Shown here one piece after another: positions 61,358 through 64,000 of a DNA stretch of 64,000 nt. This DNA is from Candidatus Omnitrophota bacterium. Lineage in GTDB: Bacteria > Omnitrophota > Gorgyraeia > Gygaellales > Gygaellaceae. A program made the translations under genes and the position numbers. The stretch's first letter is position 1. The number at the start of each line of letters is the position of its first letter. The notes under the pieces were generated by a model, which was given only the letters and a program-made list of their open reading frames with translations, searched no databases and had not been told where the DNA came from. Where the stretch lies: contig JAGYNB010000001.1 in assembly GCA_018400015.1 (NCBI GenBank), positions 328,321 through 392,320 of the forward strand, read 5' to 3'.

Positions 61358-61386
61358 AGTATACCGCAACAGTCTTTTGTAGTCAA
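61358..61386 (-). promoter_or_regulatory. Sigma-70-type promoter for tRNA-Leu (TTGACT-N17-TATACT on minus strand)
   Basis: The reverse complement reads TTGACT, a 17-nt spacer, then TATACT, ending about 10 nt upstream of the tRNA 5' end. Confidence 0.55.
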
Positions 61387-61399
61387 CTTCTAGCCAAGG

Positions 61400-61428
61400 T
61401 TGATAAACCCTTTAATTATTGCTATAAT
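61400..61428 (+). promoter_or_regulatory. Sigma-70-type promoter for the AEC transporter gene (TTGATA-N17-TATAAT)
   Basis: Near-consensus hexamers with a 17-nt spacer, 8 nt upstream of the annotated start. The true start may therefore be a downstream ATG. Confidence 0.5.
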
Positions 61429-61436
61429 AACAACCT

Positions 61437-62390
61437 ATGGTGTTCTTGAATTTTATCAATGTTACTGGTTTTGCAGTTTCACAAATCTTCATTTTAGGCG
61501 TTATTGGTTTTTTTGTTATCAGGCTTAAATTGATAACGGAATCTGGTCTAAACGCTATAAGTACGCTTGTAATTAATGTTATTCTGCCGCTATATATTTT
61601 TACTCATTTAGTAGAAGGTTTTAGCGTTAAACAGATAACTTACTGGTGGTTTTATCCTGTAATCGCCTTACTTTTAAGCACTTTGGGCTTTATTGTAGGA
61701 TTTATAATTTCAAAGATATCCCAAAAACCCCAATTACAGCGCGAGGTCATAAGCCTGGTTACTTTTCAAAATGCCGGATATCTTCCTTTAGTGTTAGCGG
61801 GTTTGATTTTAACCGGTTCTCAACTTCGGGATATGATCGTAATTATAGCATTAAGTTTGATTGGGTTTAATCTTATCATTTGGTCAATAGGGGTTATTAT
61901 GTTAACTCACAGGAAGTTAGATTCATTTCAATGGCATCAGCTTTTCAGTGCTCCGGTTGTAGCGAGCCTTGTGGCTTTGGTTGTTGTATTATTAAAGTTT
62001 GATACTCTTATTCCGAATGTTATATTTAAGCCTTTAAAGATTTTGGGAGATTGCACTTTACCTTTGGCTATTTTGGTAGTGGGGGGCAACCTTGCCAGCA
62101 TGAAACTAAAACATGTTGATGTGGCGTCTTTGATGTATGCTGTAATTGCTAAGGTTATAATATTGCCTAGCCTAGCGCTAGTATTGATACTCAATGTGAA
62201 TATTCCATATCTAATGAAGATGCTTATTCTTATCCAGGCGTGTATGCCTTCTGCAGTGTCCTTGTCTGTTATTACCCGGCATTATAATCTTAAAGAGCAG
62301 ATAGTGAGCCAGGGGATATTCTTTTCACATTTGTTGAGCCTGGTTACTATTCCTGTATTTTTAAGTTTATTCTTAACTATAGTTGATTAG
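61437..62390 (+). CDS. AEC (auxin efflux carrier / malate permease-like) family transporter
   Basis: About 10 TM helices in two 5-TM repeats; 317 aa; typical AEC family size and hydropathy. Confidence 0.65.
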   Translation: MVFLNFINVTGFAVSQIFILGVIGFFVIRLKLITESGLNAISTLVINVILPLYIFTHLVEGFSVKQITYWWFYPVIALLLSTLGFIVGFIISKISQKPQLQREVISLVTFQNAGYLPLVLAGLILTGSQLRDMIVIIALSLIGFNLIIWSIGVIMLTHRKLDSFQWHQLFSAPVVASLVALVVVLLKFDTLIPNVIFKPLKILGDCTLPLAILVVGGNLASMKLKHVDVASLMYAVIAKVIILPSLALVLILNVNIPYLMKMLILIQACMPSAVSLSVITRHYNLKEQIVSQGIFFSHLLSLVTIPVFLSLFLTIVD

Positions 62391-62391
62391 T

Positions 62392-62841
62392 ATGAGCGTT
62401 GCCATAAAAAATCCCAATGCCTTAAGGGATTATAACATTATTGAGAGCGTTGAAGCAGGCTTAGAGCTAAAGGGGACAGAGGTTAAGTCATTACGCGATT
62501 CCCAGGTAAGTCTTAGAGAGAGTTTTGCGCGTATTGAAAATAACCAGGTATTTTTATATAATATGCATATTGCTCCGTATTTGCAGGGCAGTATATATAA
62601 CGTTGAGCCCAAAAGAAAAAGAAAGTTGCTTTTGCATAAAAAGCAGATCGGTAAGCTTACAGTAGAAACTTTCCAAAAAGGCTATACGTTAGTACCGATA
62701 AAGCTTTATTTTAAAGGAAGTTTTGCTAAAATAGAGCTTGGTTTGGGTACTGGTAAAAAGCATTTTGATAAGAGAAAATCAATTAAAGAAAAAGAACTTA
62801 ACCGCGCTCTAAAGCGCACTTTAAGGCAAAAGAATAGATAA
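62392..62841 (+). CDS. smpB: SsrA-binding protein
   Basis: SmpB motifs (NYxIxE..EAGLELKGTEVKSLR, LLLHK); immediately upstream of tmRNA. Confidence 0.9.
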   Translation: MSVAIKNPNALRDYNIIESVEAGLELKGTEVKSLRDSQVSLRESFARIENNQVFLYNMHIAPYLQGSIYNVEPKRKRKLLLHKKQIGKLTVETFQKGYTLVPIKLYFKGSFAKIELGLGTGKKHFDKRKSIKEKELNRALKRTLRQKNR

Positions 62842-62843
62842 CG

Positions 62844-63244
62844 GGGGGTGAAAGGTATCGACTTGAAAAACTTATAATAGTGGCATGTCGCGGATGCAAG
62901 GTGGGCCGCGTTAACAATCCTTGTAAATTAAAAACGCCAACTCAAACAGAGCACAGTTGGCACCAAGATTCAACTTGGTACCAGCAGGCGTCCCAGCCTT
63001 CGGCCTCAATTAAGGCCGAAGCCTTTTATTCTTCTTTGCCTGAAGAAGAGTAAAAGCTAACAATCAGGCTGCGTCCAGTATGTTTTCCCATGTGCCGGAT
63101 TAAGGTTGTTAGGGAATAGCTTCTTTAGTATCCTGTTTTGGGGGAGATTTGAGGAAGCGAATAAACAAAACCCAAGACTACACATGTAGAGGCTATTATG
63201 TAGTTTTTTATAGGACCGGGGTTCGATTCCCCGCACCTCCACCA
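62844..63244 (+). ncRNA. ssrA: tmRNA (transfer-messenger RNA, SsrA)
   Basis: 5' GGGGGTG pairs with 3' CACCTCC + ACCA; T-arm GGGGTTCGATTCCCC. PK1-like pseudoknot (CGCGG/CCGCG interleaved with CAAGG/CCTTG). Tag frame begins after AAAAAC-GCC, with a helix-5 hairpin carrying TAA in the loop. Ends are approximate to 1-2 nt. Confidence 0.85.
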
Positions 63245-63245
63245 A

Positions 63246-64000
63246 ATGATGAATAAAAATATCAAACCTTTTATATCAGTGCTTATTTTATTATTACTTT
63301 GTGGTTGCGCAGGTTTGCCCAGGCTAAGGGATGTACCTTCGTTTAACATAAATAACAGAAATTACTATTCGCTTATTTCTTTATGTGAGGAATTGGAAGT
63401 TGATTTTGATTTTGATATTGCATCAGGTAAGGTTGTATTGGAAAAAGACGATAATGCAGTTACCCTGGCGATAAATTATAGTTGGATGATTGTTAATGAA
63501 AAAGATAGAAAGATAAGAAGTGCTCCTATCGTATCCGAGGGCGTGGTTTTAGTTACTTATGAAACCATGCGTATAATCGCCGATACGTTTTTAAAAAAAG
63601 ATGTTAGAAAAACAGCTAAAATGTTTTTACCAAAGAAAATCAAACGTATTGTAGTCGATGCCGGACATGGCGGAAAAGATCCCGGTGCAATCGGTGCATA
63701 TGGCGTGATGGAGAAGAATGTTAACTTGAAAATCGCAAATTATCTTTATAATAAACTTAGGTCCTTTGGTTATGAAGTATTAATGACTAGAAGAAGCGAT
63801 AGGTTTTTATCTTTGGCAGAAAGAGCGAATATTGCTAATAATTTTAATTCAGATTTATTTATAAGTATTCACGCCAACGCCAATCATTCAAAGCAGATGA
63901 ATGGTTTTGAGATTTATTACTGTGGTGACAGCTTAGAAGATAGTATTCGTTTTATCGTTGAGGAAGAAAACGGTTCTTTGGCTAATACAATAGATTATAG
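63246..64000 (+). CDS. N-acetylmuramoyl-L-alanine amidase (Amidase_3, AmiC-like) lipoprotein; 3'-partial (runs off window)
   Basis: Lipoprotein signal MMNKNIKPFISVLILLLLCGCAG; catalytic-domain opening VVDAGHGGKDPGA and HANAN motif. Confidence 0.75.
   Translation, partial: MMNKNIKPFISVLILLLLCGCAGLPRLRDVPSFNINNRNYYSLISLCEELEVDFDFDIASGKVVLEKDDNAVTLAINYSWMIVNEKDRKIRSAPIVSEGVVLVTYETMRIIADTFLKKDVRKTAKMFLPKKIKRIVVDAGHGGKDPGAIGAYGVMEKNVNLKIANYLYNKLRSFGYEVLMTRRSDRFLSLAERANIANNFNSDLFISIHANANHSKQMNGFEIYYCGDSLEDSIRFIVEEENGSLANTIDY

Noticed and set aside
61261-61449. 62-aa + strand ORF
   Set aside because: Overlaps the minus-strand tRNA-Leu and its promoter; its sequence is the translation of tRNA antisense.
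63057-63349. Two minus-strand ORFs (62 and 74 aa) over the tmRNA 3' region
   Set aside because: They lie over the tmRNA gene and the amiC start; the structured-RNA evidence is much stronger.

Overview
Low-GC (~35%), gene-dense bacterial chromosomal window, almost all genes on the + strand. It carries a diderm cell envelope: an LPS inner-core/Kdo cluster (two GT9 heptosyltransferases, HldE kinase domain, kdsB-kdsA-kdsD-kdsC, an OstA-like protein, lptB), plus lolCD, mlaEFD, lptFG and lgt. Gene order is nevertheless strikingly Firmicutes-like: mcsA-mcsB-clpC, radA-yacL(PIN/TRAM)-ispD-ispF-cysE-cysS, tmk-holB-yaaT(PSP1)-metG-tatD, tig-clpP. Housekeeping genes include nadE-pncA, def-trxB-trxA, serA with a class V aminotransferase, purA, hppA, lysS, thiL-tsaE-tsaB-alr, and smpB-ssrA (tmRNA) followed by an amidase lipoprotein. 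One tRNA-Leu(CAG) lies on the minus strand. No CRISPR array, integrase or transposase was seen. The most unusual spots are a small Cys-rich ORF inside the def-trxB-trxA operon, a DUF1573::CcdA fusion next to a secreted double thioredoxin-like protein, a Maf::M48-lipoprotein in-frame fusion, a TreT-like trehalose synthase operon with an unknown partner beside mscS, a trigger factor without its PPIase domain, a T4-endoV-like pyrimidine-dimer glycosylase homologue, and a tmRNA whose tag frame seems to end non-canonically. The phylum guess (deep-branching diderm, or diderm Firmicutes-like) is inference only.
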